Positions 1 through 10,950 of a DNA stretch of 18,484 bases are shown piece after piece (positions within the stretch are counted from its first letter, which is position 1; every line of letters starts with the position of its first letter). This stretch comes from Octopus sinensis (taxonomy: Eukaryota), in contig NW_021824456.1 in assembly GCF_006345805.1 (NCBI RefSeq), positions 1-18,484 on the forward strand, in the 5' to 3' direction. The translations under genes and the position numbers were made by a program. A model generated the notes under the pieces. That model did not search any database. It was not told the DNA's origin and saw only the letters and a list, made by a program, of their open reading frames with translations.

Positions 1-439
1 ACCATTCCATGTACTTTCTCTTTACGGCGTGTAGACTCCTCAGACTAGCATCGTCGGTGTTTTGAAGGATGTCGAACTGCGTCGTGCATAGGAATGGAAT
101 GTGGAATCTTTCTCTGCCTTGTCCAAATTCTTTGCTTACGTCATTGGCCTTCTGGCGCACTTTTTGAGTAATATATGTGTGTGTGTGTGTGTGTGTGTGT
201 ATCAGTGTACATATACACATTATTATATAGATATATGTACGCATACGTTTATGCTGGCCGCGTATCTAGAACTGTATGAACGCCATTTCTTAAGACATTT
301 GGATGTGGCTTGAATCGATTCGGTGGTTAATTCTGCAGGTAGACGATTTCTCTTTAAACATACAGGTGTTCATACAAGTTCAGAAAAATGTTCAAGCTTG
401 CGTAGACCTGCTCGTTGTCTATTTCTGTCTCTTTCACTT

Positions 440-715
440 TGTATGCATAAATATACATACATATATAATATATATGTATGGCTGTATATATGTATGAATA
501 TACGCATATATATAGCCATATATCACTTCCTCCCGCTTTCCTTCGCAAACTTAAAATGTGCGATAGTCTGTGTGCATGTGTGTGTGTTTGTGCATGTTTG
601 TCTGTCTGTGTATATTTATGTATGCATGTATGTATGTTTGCATGTATGTATCTATATGCATGAGTGTGTGTGTGTGTGTGTGTGTGTGTGCCGTGTGTGT
701 GTGCGTGCGTGTGGC
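440..715. repeat. Compound (TA)n/(TATG)n/(TG)n microsatellite tract
   Basis: Interleaved TA, TATG and GT runs, with a pure (GT)n at about 663-690. This tract explains the VCVC/YIYI ORFs here. Confidence 0.85.
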
Positions 716-839
716 GTTAGTAGTTTCTGTGATAATCTATGCCATTAAACGCTCATTCTCTTTATCTCAGATCTTAAACTTAACCCCTCTTACCCTCGTA
801 TAACTCCCAACTTCCGTATACGACATCTCACCCTATCTT

Positions 840-933
840 CCCCCGCCCCACCCCACTAACCGTACCCCACCCCGACCCGACCCCACCAACCCCAACCCCC
901 ACCCAACTCCAACCTCCCCCCCCACGTCACCCC
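840..933 (-). other. C-rich tract (many CCCC runs on +), potential G-quadruplex on the minus strand
   Basis: ccccgccccaccccactaaccgtaccccaccccgacccgaccccacc... has more than ten runs of 3 or more C with short spacers. Confidence 0.6.
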
Positions 934-1334
934 GCAACCGACAGCGACAACAACCAACGACGCCCACCCACCCCACAACACGCTCCCCTCACCCCTCACC
1001 CCTCACCTCCACATTCCTACAAACTCTTTTACGCTTCCACTTCTTCATCTTCACCAAGAATTTATCACAGACTTCCCACCGTATCATCGCTTTCATCTAT
1101 CACTTATAATCACCTTCGGTACCGATTGTATATTCATTCTAGACTAATTAACGTTTTCTTTCTCTTTTTTTTTTCTCTTCTTCTTCTTTTGATGTCTGCC
1201 GTTTGTGTTTCTTTCTCTTTGCTTCTTTTACCGTTTTCTCTATCTCCTCAGCACATGTTTCCTTCGACATCTTTGCCAATTCTATGGAATTCCTCGTCAA
1301 TTATTACTTTTAATAAACCCGGAACATCTGTCTG

Positions 1335-2060
1335 CACACGCACAGACACATATAAACATAGAACCACACACACACACACACGCGTTAATACACATACATG
1401 CACAGCCACACTTTCGTAAACAAGCACATATGCATACACGTATACACACACGGACACATTTGCTCATACATACATGCATGCATACATACACACATATATA
1501 CAAACAAGTACACACACGCATTAACACACGTACATACACAGGAATACTCTCATAAGCAATCATGCATGCATACACTTATACACAAACACATTAACACGCA
1601 TACATACATACATACACGGGCATACTCTCAAAAACAAGCAAACATGCATACACGTATACACACACGGCACATTCGCTCATTCATACATACATACATACAT
1701 ACATACATACATACATACATACACAGACACAACACGCGTTCACGTGTGTGCATATACGCTCACATGTTGCAATCATACACACGAATATATGCATATTTCT
1801 TCATATATTCGTATATGCATACCGGAATCCTTATACAGCATATTTTCATTCACACACACACACCATGCACATACGCACATTTGTATGCATTTCCATAAAC
1901 ATATACACACGCATCTGTAACTATATAGGCATTCGCATGCATATAACACTTAATTACATATGTTCATACATTCCTGTATACGTACAAACTTGAGTTCATT
2001 GATTCCTAAACGCATAAGCACGTATGTATACGAGTACATTTTAGTGCACATGTAGTGTGT
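1335..2060. repeat. Cryptic (CA)/(TACA)-derived repeat region with internal ~60-bp duplications
   Basis: aaacaagca.a.atgcatacacgtatacacacacgg(a)cacatt.gctcat occurs at about 1418-1470 and 1633-1683. (CATA)n lies at about 1683-1722. Confidence 0.75.
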
Positions 2061-2104
2061 CTCCATGTGCGTCACTCTCCTTTTATTTGTCTCATCATAT
2101 ATCT

Positions 2105-2585
2105 CTCTTTACTCTTTACTCTTTTACTTGTTTCAGTCATTTGACTGCGGCCATGCTGGAGCACCGCCTTTAATCGAGCAACTTGACCCCGGGACTTATT
2201 CTTTTGTAAGCCCAGTACTTATTCTATCGGTCTCTTAGGCCGTACCGCTAAGTAACGGGGCATAAACCACACCAGCATCAGTTGTCAAGCAATGCTAGGG
2301 GGACACAAAAACAGACACACAAACACACACACGCATATATATATATATATATATAATATAATATATATATATATAATATATATATATATAATATATATAT
2401 ATATATATAATGTATATACATATATACGACGGGCTTCTTTCAGTTCCGTCTACTAATCCACTCCCAAGGCTTTGGTCGGCCCGAGGCTATAGTAGAAGAC
2501 ACTTGCCCAGGTGCCACGCAGTGGACTGAACCCGGAACCATGTGGCTGGTAAACAAGCTACTTACTATACAGCCACTCCTGCACC
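2105..2585 (-). mobile_element. tRNA-derived SINE, family A (octopus-type; head GGNGCAGGAGTGGCTG..., internal microsatellite, (GAGTAAA)n-like tail)
   Basis: The minus strand begins ggtgcaggagtggctgtatagtaag...ggttcagtcc (A/B-box-like), followed by a CORE-like cctgggcaagtgtctt. Internal (AT)n at about 2335-2425 and tail aagtaaaagagtaaagagt. Homologous to 10383-10796 and 16208-16666. Confidence 0.9.
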
Positions 2586-2595
2586 TGTAGCCAAT

Positions 2596-2983
2596 GTGGA
2601 GGCGCAATGGCCCAGTGGTTAAGGCAGCGGACTCGCGGTCGGAGGATCGCGGTTTCGATTCCCAGACCGGGCATTGTGAATGTTTATTGAGCGAAAACAC
2701 CTAAAGCTCCACGAGGCTCTGGTGAACCCTGCTGTACTCTTTCACCACAAATTTCTCTCGCTCTTTCTTCCTGTTTCTCTTGTACCTGTATTTCAAAGGG
2801 CCAGCCTTGTCACATTTCTGTGTCACGCTGAATCTCCTCGAGAACTACGTTAAGGGTACACGTGTCTGTGGAGTGCTCAGCCACTTGCACGTTAATATCA
2901 CGAGCAAGCTGTTCCGTTGATCGTATCAGCTGGGACCCTCATCGTCGCAACCGACGGAGTGAAAAAGGAGTGAAAAGGAGGGG
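2596..2983 (+). mobile_element. tRNA-derived SINE, family C, full length with 12-bp TSD
   Basis: A box TGGCCCAGTGG at 2608-2618 and B-box-like GTTTCGATTCC at 2652-2662. Tail is ggagtgaaaaa-ggagtgaaaa-ggag. TSD CCTGTAGCCAAT at 2584-2595 and 2984-2995. The 3' half is homologous to 15735-15912. Confidence 0.9.
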
Positions 2984-3375
2984 CCTGTAGCCAATAGGAA
3001 ATGGGATTGCGGCGGTATTTATACCGTTGAAAATGCAAATTTAAAATACATTTGATACAGCTTCATCAGGATCTGTCTATTTGGTGATCAATCCCTAATC
3101 CCCTACGTTCCCCTCCCTGGAATTTTCCAGGAAGACACCAACCCATCCTCCAATTCACCTTTATCGGAACATCCCCCTCATACACTTCATTCCCCAATAT
3201 AACACATCAACCTACTACACCAACCCCACCCACCCAACTCCACGTCCACAAGTCACCGAGACTCAACCCTGACCAAACCCGACCCAAACTGCAATCGACA
3301 GCGACAACAGCCAACGAACCCCACACCCACAACATACTCCCCTCACCCTTCACCACTTCTCCACATTCGTATACA

Positions 3376-4440
3376 GGAAGTCTAGCGCCCCTATCCGGAA
3401 CATTCCAGGAAGTCCTAGCACAACCCTATTCCCCATCAAGGGAACTTTCCAGGAAGTCCTATCCACCCTCCTCCTGTTCCTCTTCTTCCTCGGAACTTTC
3501 CAGAAATTCCTACCTCCCCTCCTCCAATCCTCGGAATTTTACAGGAAGTCATCGGAACTTTCCAGGAAGTCCTCCTCACATTCTAGGAACTTTCCAGAAA
3601 GTCCTCGGAATTTTCAGAAAATCCTCGCAACTTTCGAGGAAGTCCTCGGAACTTTCTAGGAAGTCGTATCTTCCCATCATCGGATCATTCCAGGAAGTCC
3701 TATCTCACCTCCTCCCCTTCCTCCTCTCTTCCTTTCCCTCCTCTTCCCTCCCCTCCTCGGAACTTTCCATGAAGTCCTCGAATCTCTCCAGGAGGTCCTA
3801 TCTATCTCCTCGTCGGAACTTTCCAGGAAGTCCTATCCCCCTTGGAACTTTCCATGAAGTTCTCGGAATTTTCTAGGAAATCCTCGGAACTTTCTAGGAT
3901 CTTTCTACCATTCAGGATCTTTCTATCATTCTAGGATCTTTCTACCCTATCCTACCATTCAGCGGAACTTTCCAGGAAGTTATCGGAACTTTCCAAGAAG
4001 TATTTTCTCACCCCCTCGGAATTTTCCAGAAAACCTCGCAATTTTTCAAGAAGTCATATATCTCCTCGTCCCCTTCATTTCCCTCCTCGGAACTTTCCAT
4101 GAAGTCATCGGAACTTTCCTGTAAGTCCTATCTCCCCTCTTGTCCTTCCTCGGATCTTTCCAGGACGTCCTATCTCCCCCTCCTCCCCTTCCACCTTGTC
4201 GTGTCTTTCCAGGAAGTTCTATCTCCCCCTCCTTCTCTTCCTTCCCTTCATCGGAACTTTCCAGGATGTTCGATCTCCCCTCCTCCCCTTTCTCATATTT
4301 TTCCAGGAAATCAGATCTTCCCGTCATCCCCTTCCTCCCCTTCCTGGGAACTTTCGAAGAAATCATATCTCCCTTCCTCAACCTCCAGTTATTCCTATAT
4401 CACCCTCCTCCCCTTCCTCGGAACTTTCCTGGAAGTTATT
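3376..4440. repeat. Minisatellite on core CCTCGGAACTTTCCAGGAAGT with pyrimidine-rich spacers
   Basis: About 16 copies of GGAACTTTC by eye, plus GGAATTTTC and GGATCTTTC variants. An outlying copy lies at 3119-3134. Confidence 0.9.
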
Positions 4441-4517
4441 GCTCCTCCTCCCCTCCCTCCTCAACTCATCCACCTTTGATTAACCACACAGCTCCACCTT
4501 CGTGTATATGTGTTCGT

Positions 4518-4544
4518 TGTAGAAACGACAACACCGTTTCTACA
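4518..4544. other. Perfect 10-bp hairpin TGTAGAAACG-acaacac-CGTTTCTACA, possible Helitron-like 3' terminal hairpin
   Basis: The arms are exact reverse complements. An 11-nt spacer then TTAG (4556-4559) follows. The hairpin is seen directly; the Helitron interpretation is inference. Confidence 0.5.
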
Positions 4545-4867
4545 CTCCACGTATATTAGAGGTTAGCGTAAACATCGTAGTCTAAAAATGCATATCGATC
4601 TTTTTTCTGGGCAGCGACATTGAACATGATATTTCTGATTTATTAAGTGTTTCGAGTCATTGTAATCAGCTACTATAGAGAATATGTGTAGAGTTATTAG
4701 CTAATCCTGTGCTACATCCACTGTACACAGTGTCCGTAGTTGTTTGCGAACTGAATAAGAAGGAAGAGATTATTCTTACGTTTCTTTTCTCGTTGGTATC
4801 TTCCTTAGCAACTGTGTACCCTCTTTAACTATCCACAAAACCACTGATTCTATATTCTCTTATATTT

Positions 4868-5061
4868 TTTCTACTCTAGGAACAATACCCGAAATTTTGG
4901 GGGGGGAGACAGTTGATTAGATCGACACCAGTATGCAACTGGTAATTGATTTATGGACCCCGAAATGATGGAAGGCGTAATTTGATCTCAGAACATAAAG
5001 ACAAACGAAGTACCACTAAGCATTTCACCCGGCGTGGTAACGATTCCGCCAGCTCGCCGCC
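4868..5061 (-). mobile_element. tRNA-derived SINE, family B (head GGCGGCGAGCTGGCAGAATCGTTAGC-type)
   Basis: The reverse complement reads ggcggcgagctggcggaatcgttaccacgccgggtgaaatgcttagtgg... and contains ggggtccataaatcaattaccagttgcatactggtgtcgatctaatcaac. Homologous to the copies at 14680 and 15040. Confidence 0.85.
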
Positions 5062-5148
5062 TTAAAAAATACTCTCTTATATAAGAGGTTTACAGGCTAA
5101 TTCGCATATCGAAATCTTTTCTTGGGAGGTAGATTGAACATGAAATTA

Positions 5149-5354
5149 CTGGCATGTTAACAAAGTACCGCTGGGTAAAATGCTTAGTAACATTTCGTCT
5201 GCCTTTATTTTCTGGGTTCAGATTCCACCAAAGCCAACTCGGCCTTTTGGGACCGATAAAATAAGTACCAGTCAGGCATTGGGATCGATGTAATCGACTT
5301 ATTCCCTCCCCGAGATTGCTGGCCTTGTGCCGCAATTTAAGACCAACATTATTA
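5149..5354 (+). mobile_element. Degenerate family B SINE
   Basis: aaaatgcttagtaacatttcgtctgcc...gggttcagattccacc...gataaaataagtaccagt...gatgtaatcgac...ccccgagattgctggccttgtgcc, with a short tattat tail. Confidence 0.75.
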
Positions 5355-5747
5355 TAGAATGTTTGCTATGGTATTACGAGTTGTTCTCTGAGTACAGCTG
5401 AGATGGATATGGCTTGTGATGTCCTATTCATTAAGCTACGAGTTCGAAGTCGCACTCGATTGTGAGTTAATAACCGTAAGGGCAAAGGGATGAAGTGCAC
5501 GTGATTGTGTCAGCCTGATTCTCCTTGTAGATGTGCAAACACATGGCAATGCAGACAAGCACATCCCCGTTCGCAGGCACAGATACACACGCGCGTACGC
5601 GTACGCGTACACAAACACGCGGCAAGATAGATCTGTCGATGCACCTTCTGTGCTGCAAACAAGATTTTGCACTCTTAAGAATTGCACTTCTACATTCCCC
5701 AGTCATATACTTTCCTTTTATAAATTCTTACTCGTATAAGCATATAT

Positions 5748-6092
5748 AAAAGGGTAAAGACCCCCTTCGGTCATGAATGACCATGGGATTGCACCTAGAA
5801 AGTTACCCTACTAGACACAAGTCTGGGCACGGTTGTTTATGGAAGACCAGCAGTCGCCCATGCATACCAGCCTCCCCTCTCCACGCCACCAGTGTTATCC
5901 AAGGGAAAGACAAAGGTCGATACAGCTTGGCACCAGTGACGTCGCAACTCATTTCTACAGCTGAGTGAACTGGAGCAACGTAAAATAAAGTGCCTTGCTC
6001 AAGAACACAACACCCAGCCCGGTCCGGGATTCGAGCTCACAACCTCACGATCGTAAGCTCGACGCTCTAACCACTGAGCCATGCGCCTTCAC
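5748..6092 (-). mobile_element. tRNA-derived SINE, family D (tRNA-Arg-like head, CORE-like domain)
   Basis: The minus strand begins gtgaaggcgcaTGGCTCAGTGGttagagcgtcgagcttACGatcgtgaggttgtgagctcgaatccc, then tgtgttcttgagcaaggcactt. The 3' end is cattcatgaccgaagggggtctttaccctttt. Confidence 0.9.
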
Positions 6093-6391
<299 letters not shown>

Positions 6392-6564
6392 TACATTCAC
6401 GCAAGCAAATATACATACAAATTAACAGTCATACATACACTTACATATACTCACATGAAGACAAACAAGCATACATACATACATATGCAGATACTAACAC
6501 ATATATACATTTGTATACACTTACATATATACATGCATTGACGCACACATAACAATATTGATTG

Positions 6565-9030
6565 CTCGAAATGTGGAGTAGATAAAACAGTCGACAAATG
6601 ATGAAGGGTCGTTCTTTATGTTACTTGTCTTGTTGTTTTCCAATTCTTTCTTTCGTTGTTCGCCAAAAAAAGATCGTATTCCATGTTTTCGTATTTCGTA
6701 TTTCATGTTGTTTACATTTTATGACACCCTGTACCCATTTATGTATGTATATATGCATATATATTATTCATATTATGTATTTGCTTTTCGCAGGAAGGAA
6801 GTTTCTTCGAAGATACGTCTCGCTTTTATCCTTCGAAACGTAGAGTAGATGAAACCTTAGCGACTGAAGAAGGGGATTTTTCGTTGTGCCTATTGTCCTG
6901 TATCCCTTTTTTTTGCTTGTCCTGTTCCTTGGTTTGTGTCTATGTTTTTCGTCTCTCTATGTGTTCGACGTCTTTTTGGTGTCCTGTACACATATATGCG
7001 TGTATATGTACATGTAGAGGTAGGTACGTACATATATGTTTATATATATGCATATGTTCTATTTTATTAACATATTATACGACTAAACGCACGCACCCTA
7101 TTAAGTAAGATTGTTCTGTTTATCAAGTTAGCCTTGATATTAACTCTCACGCGACTCTGCATCTTTCTTTCTTTCTATCCCATTCCCTTTTTCGTCTTTT
7201 TTCCCTCACTTAACTTGTCTCTTCCTCTCTCTCTCATTCTTCATTCTCTCTCTCCCCCTCACAATTCTTCATGGTCTCCTCGCACCATTCCCCTTCTTCT
7301 CTCTCTTCCTCTTGCTCCTCCTCCCCCATTCCCGTCGTCCATCTGCGACGATACTTCGTCGTAACTGCTATCCTGTCTTTTCTCGCCCGCCTTCTAAGGC
7401 TACTGGTCGACATTCCTCTCTCTCGTCGTCCACTATAATCCAGAATTTGCAATACTTTTTTCGTCTGGCGTAAACAGCCCTTCTTATCTTGTTCTCCTTG
7501 TCCTGTCTCTCACTGTTATATATTTATTTTCCACTGTGTCCTGTCTCTCACTGTTATCTATTTATTTTCCACTGTTTATATATATTTTTTACTGTTTATA
7601 TGTTTGTACTGTCGTTACCGTCTTGCTTTTTTTTACCAGTTTTTACCCCTCTGCGAAAAGATCTCAGAATTTTAATTGATTTGCTTTTCGCAGGAAGGAA
7701 GTTTCTTCGAAGATACGTCTCGCTTTTATCCTTCGAAACGTAGAGTAGATGAAACCTTAGCGACTGAAGAAGGGGATTTTCGTTGTGCTTATTGTCCTGT
7801 ATCCCTTTTTTTTGCTTGTCCTGTCTTGGTTTGTGTCTATGTTTTTCGTCTCTCTATGTGTTCGACGTCTTTTTGGTGTCTGTACACATATATGCGTGTA
7901 TATGTACATGTAGAGGTAGGTACGTACATTATGTTTATATTATGCATATGTTCTATTTTATTACCATATATATATATTATATATATATATATATATATTA
8001 TTTTCCTGTATCTCTTTTTTGCTTGTCTTGTTCCTTGGTTTGTGTCTATGTTTTTCGTCTCTCTATGTGTTCGACGTCTTTTTGGTGTCCTGTACATATA
8101 TATGCGTGTATATGTACATGTAGAGGTAGGTACGTACATATATGTTTATATATATGCATATGTTCTATTTTATTAACATATTATACGACTAAACGCACGC
8201 ACCCTATTAAGTAAGATTGTTCTGTTTATCAAGTTAGCCTTGATATTAACTCTCACGCGACTCTGCATCTTTCTTTCTTTCCTCCCTTCCCTTTTTCGTC
8301 TTTTTTCCCTCACTTAACTTGTCTCTTCTCCTCTCTCTCTCATTCTTCATTCTCTCTCTCCCTTTCACCATTCTTCATGGTCTCCTCGCACCATTCCCCT
8401 TCTTCTCTCTCTTCCTCTTGCTCCTCCTCCCCCATTCCCGTCGTCCATCTGCGACGATACTTCCGTCGTAACTGCTATCCTGTCTTTTCTCGCCCGCCTT
8501 CTAAGGCTACTGGTCGACATTTTTTCTCTCTCGTCGTCCACTATAATCCAGCGTTTGCAATACTTTTTTCGTCTGGCGTTAACAGCCCTTCTTATCTTGT
8601 TCTCCTTGTCCTGTCTCTCACTGTTATATATTTATTTTTCCACTGTTTATATATTTTTTACTGTTTATATGTTTGTACTGTCGTTACCGTCTTGTCTTTT
8701 TTTTACCCCTTGCGAAAAGATCTCAGAATTTTATTGATTTGCTTTTCGCAGGAAGGAAGTTTTCTTCGAAGTATACGTCTCGCTTTTATCCTTCGAAACG
8801 TTTAGTAGATGAAACCTTAGCGACTGAAGAAGGGGATTTTTCGTTGTGCTTATTGTCCTGTATCTCTTTTTTTGCTTGTTTTGTTCCTTGGTTTGTGTCT
8901 ATGTTTTTCGTCTCTCTGTGTTCGACGTCTTTTTGGTGTCCTGTACACATATATGCGTGTATATGTACATGTAGAGGTAGGTACGTACATATATGTTTAT
9001 ATATATGCATATGTTCTATTTTATTAACAT
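6565..9030 (+). mobile_element. Partial tandem array of a ~0.9-1.06 kb unit, putative Penelope-like element terminal-repeat (pseudo-LTR) array
   Basis: ttgcttttcgcaggaaggaagttt starts at 6781, 7681 and 8739 (periods 900 and 1058). A diverged, truncated relative lies at about 6565-6778. Each unit carries CGAAACGT and CTGAAGAAG motifs and a T-rich segment, the two complete units carry a CT-rich tract, and (TA)n marks some junctions. The repeat is certain; the Penelope assignment is inference. Confidence 0.55.
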
Positions 9031-9599
9031 ATATATATATATATATATATACATATATGTATGTATGTATATATGTATATATGTATATATATGTATGTAT
9101 GTCTGTATGTAAATGTATATATACACATTCATACACATAAATATATCTGCGTGTATATATATACGTGTGCGTGTGTGTATAAGATTGTTTTGTCGCTCCT
9201 TCATTCTTCCTTCGACTGTCTGTCTGTGTGTCTGCCTGCTTGTATGTCTGTCTATCTGTCTGTCTGTCTGTCTCTGCTTGACATTCTCGCACCTCTCTTT
9301 CACTCGCTCAAATTCTCCACTCTCTCATTCTACATTCCCTCTCTCCGTCGTTGTCTCCCCTGCCTCTCTAGTCTTCACACATTCATCATCTCTCCTTCTC
9401 CCACTCTCTCTGTCTCTCTCTCCTCCTCCTCTCTCTCTCTCCTCTCTCTCTCCCATACACATCACTCGTACTCTTTCTAATTCTTTCTTTTCTTGACTCT
9501 CCCAAAAGTACCGTCCACCCTATGTCACTCCTCTCGGCAGCGTGTGTACGCAGGTGTGTCCTATATCAACAAACCCCAAGAGAGGCGGGAAACGCTAAG

Positions 9600-9785
9600 A
9601 GAGCAACAACAACAACATGACAACAACAACAAAAACAACAAGCAACAACAACTAGAACAACAACGACAATAAAAACAATGACTCTAACAGCGACAAGAAC
9701 AACGGCAATGGAGACAACAATGGCGAGTGTTAAGAGAACGACTGCTAAAGACAACATCACCAACAGCAGAAACAAAAGCCACACA
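9600..9785. repeat. Degenerate (ACA)n trinucleotide tract
   Basis: aacaacaacaacatgacaacaacaac... decaying toward 9785. Confidence 0.8.
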
Positions 9786-10219
9786 GCAGAAATAACCCCT
9801 TCTCCAAAAAGGTATGCGTGTATGGGTATGTGTGGGTGTGTATATGCCGTGTGTGTGTGTACGTGTACGTGTACGTGTATGTGTATGTGTGAGCGTGTAA
9901 AAGACGTGTTTATTGCGTGTAATCGTTTGGCGTGTTGTTAGGGGTTGTTACGAGTCTTTGGTTGGCTGTGGTGCCTTCATGTAGGATTTGCTATAAATCG
10001 AGATGTATGAGTGTGTGAGTGCCCCTGTGTATGCATGTGTGAGTGCCTATACGTACTGTTAAGTGTGTATATGTATGGTTTGGTGTAGCCTCTCCACCAC
10101 TCCCACCCGCTCTCTTTCTCTATCGTTATTTATTTTGGTTTTGTATTTGTTCATTTCTGCCGTTTTTTTCTTCTTTTCCCTTTTCTTCTGCCTGTCTCAG
10201 TCTCACTCACTCTAACAGT

Positions 10220-10234
10220 ATATACATACATACA

Positions 10235-10274
<40 letters not shown>

Positions 10275-10378
10275 TAATATATATATTATATATATGGTGT
10301 GTGTGTGTGTGTGTGGTGTGTGTGTGTGTGTGTATATGTATATGTATATGTTTATGTATATGTATGTATATATATATT
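10220..10378. repeat. Compound (TA)n/(TG)n/(TATG)n microsatellite
   Basis: Direct inspection. Confidence 0.9.
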
Positions 10379-10382
10379 CTCT

Positions 10383-10597
10383 CTCTTTTACTCTTTTACT
10401 TGTTTCAGTCATTTAACTGCGGCCATGCTGGAGCACCGCCTTTAGTCGAGCATCTCGGTCCCGGGACTTATTCTTTGTAAGCCTAGTACTTCCGAACCGC
10501 TAAGCCATGGGGACAATTATACACCAGCATCGGTTGTCAAGCGATGGTGGGGGGACAAACACAGACACACACATATACGCACACACACTCGCGTACA

Positions 10598-10641
<44 letters not shown>

Positions 10642-10796
10642 CGACATGCGTCTTTCAATTTCCGTCAACAAAATCCACTCACAAGGCTTTAGTGGGCCCG
10701 AGGTTATAGTAGAAGACACTTGCCCAAGGTGTCACGCGGTGGAACTGAACCCGGAACCATGCTGTTGGTAAGCAAGCCTCTTACCACACAGCCACT
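10383..10796 (-). mobile_element. Family A SINE with internal (CA)n(TA)n and a ~20-bp internal deletion
   Basis: Homologous to 2105-2585. It lacks the attctatcggtctct segment after agtactt. Confidence 0.9.
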
Positions 10797-10870
10797 ATGT
10801 GTACATATAAATGTCTTTCTTCCCATTTATCTATCTGATTATGTATTTGTCTATCTGACTGATCACCGTA

Positions 10871-10917
<47 letters not shown>

Positions 10918-10950
10918 ATGTATGTATGCATGTATGCATCTATGTATGTC
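10871..10950. repeat. (TCTG)n/(TATG)n tetranucleotide microsatellite
   Basis: Direct inspection. Confidence 0.9.

Noticed and set aside
2596-2670. tRNA gene calls for the SINE heads (also 6020-6092)
   Set aside because: A/B boxes are present but there is no complete cloverleaf or acceptor stem, and each head continues into a SINE body.
3376-4440. CRISPR-like array
   Set aside because: The context is eukaryotic, the repeats are degenerate, and the spacers are irregular, low-complexity and related to each other.
4046-4559. ORFs across the minisatellite (Pro/Ser/Phe-rich or Gly/Arg/Glu-rich)
   Set aside because: They are translations of the repeat. Several overlapping frames are open on both strands because of low complexity.
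5585-5612. Self-complementary (CGCGTA)n alternating purine-pyrimidine run
   Set aside because: It is short and best explained as a CpG-containing variant of the surrounding (CA)n microsatellite.
6827-6877. Possible type II hammerhead in the array unit (atccttc-GAAAC-GTA...CTGAAGA-aggggat)
   Set aside because: Helix II can partly pair, but no helix I forms between the GUH triplet and CUGAAGA, so it is not a competent fold.
6794-7104. Stop-free 103-codon frame across the putative exon of array unit 1 (EGSFFEDTSRF...THPI)
   Set aside because: Its length (311 nt) is not a multiple of 3, so splicing to the next unit shifts frame to an early stop. Units 2 and 3 carry frameshifting indels.
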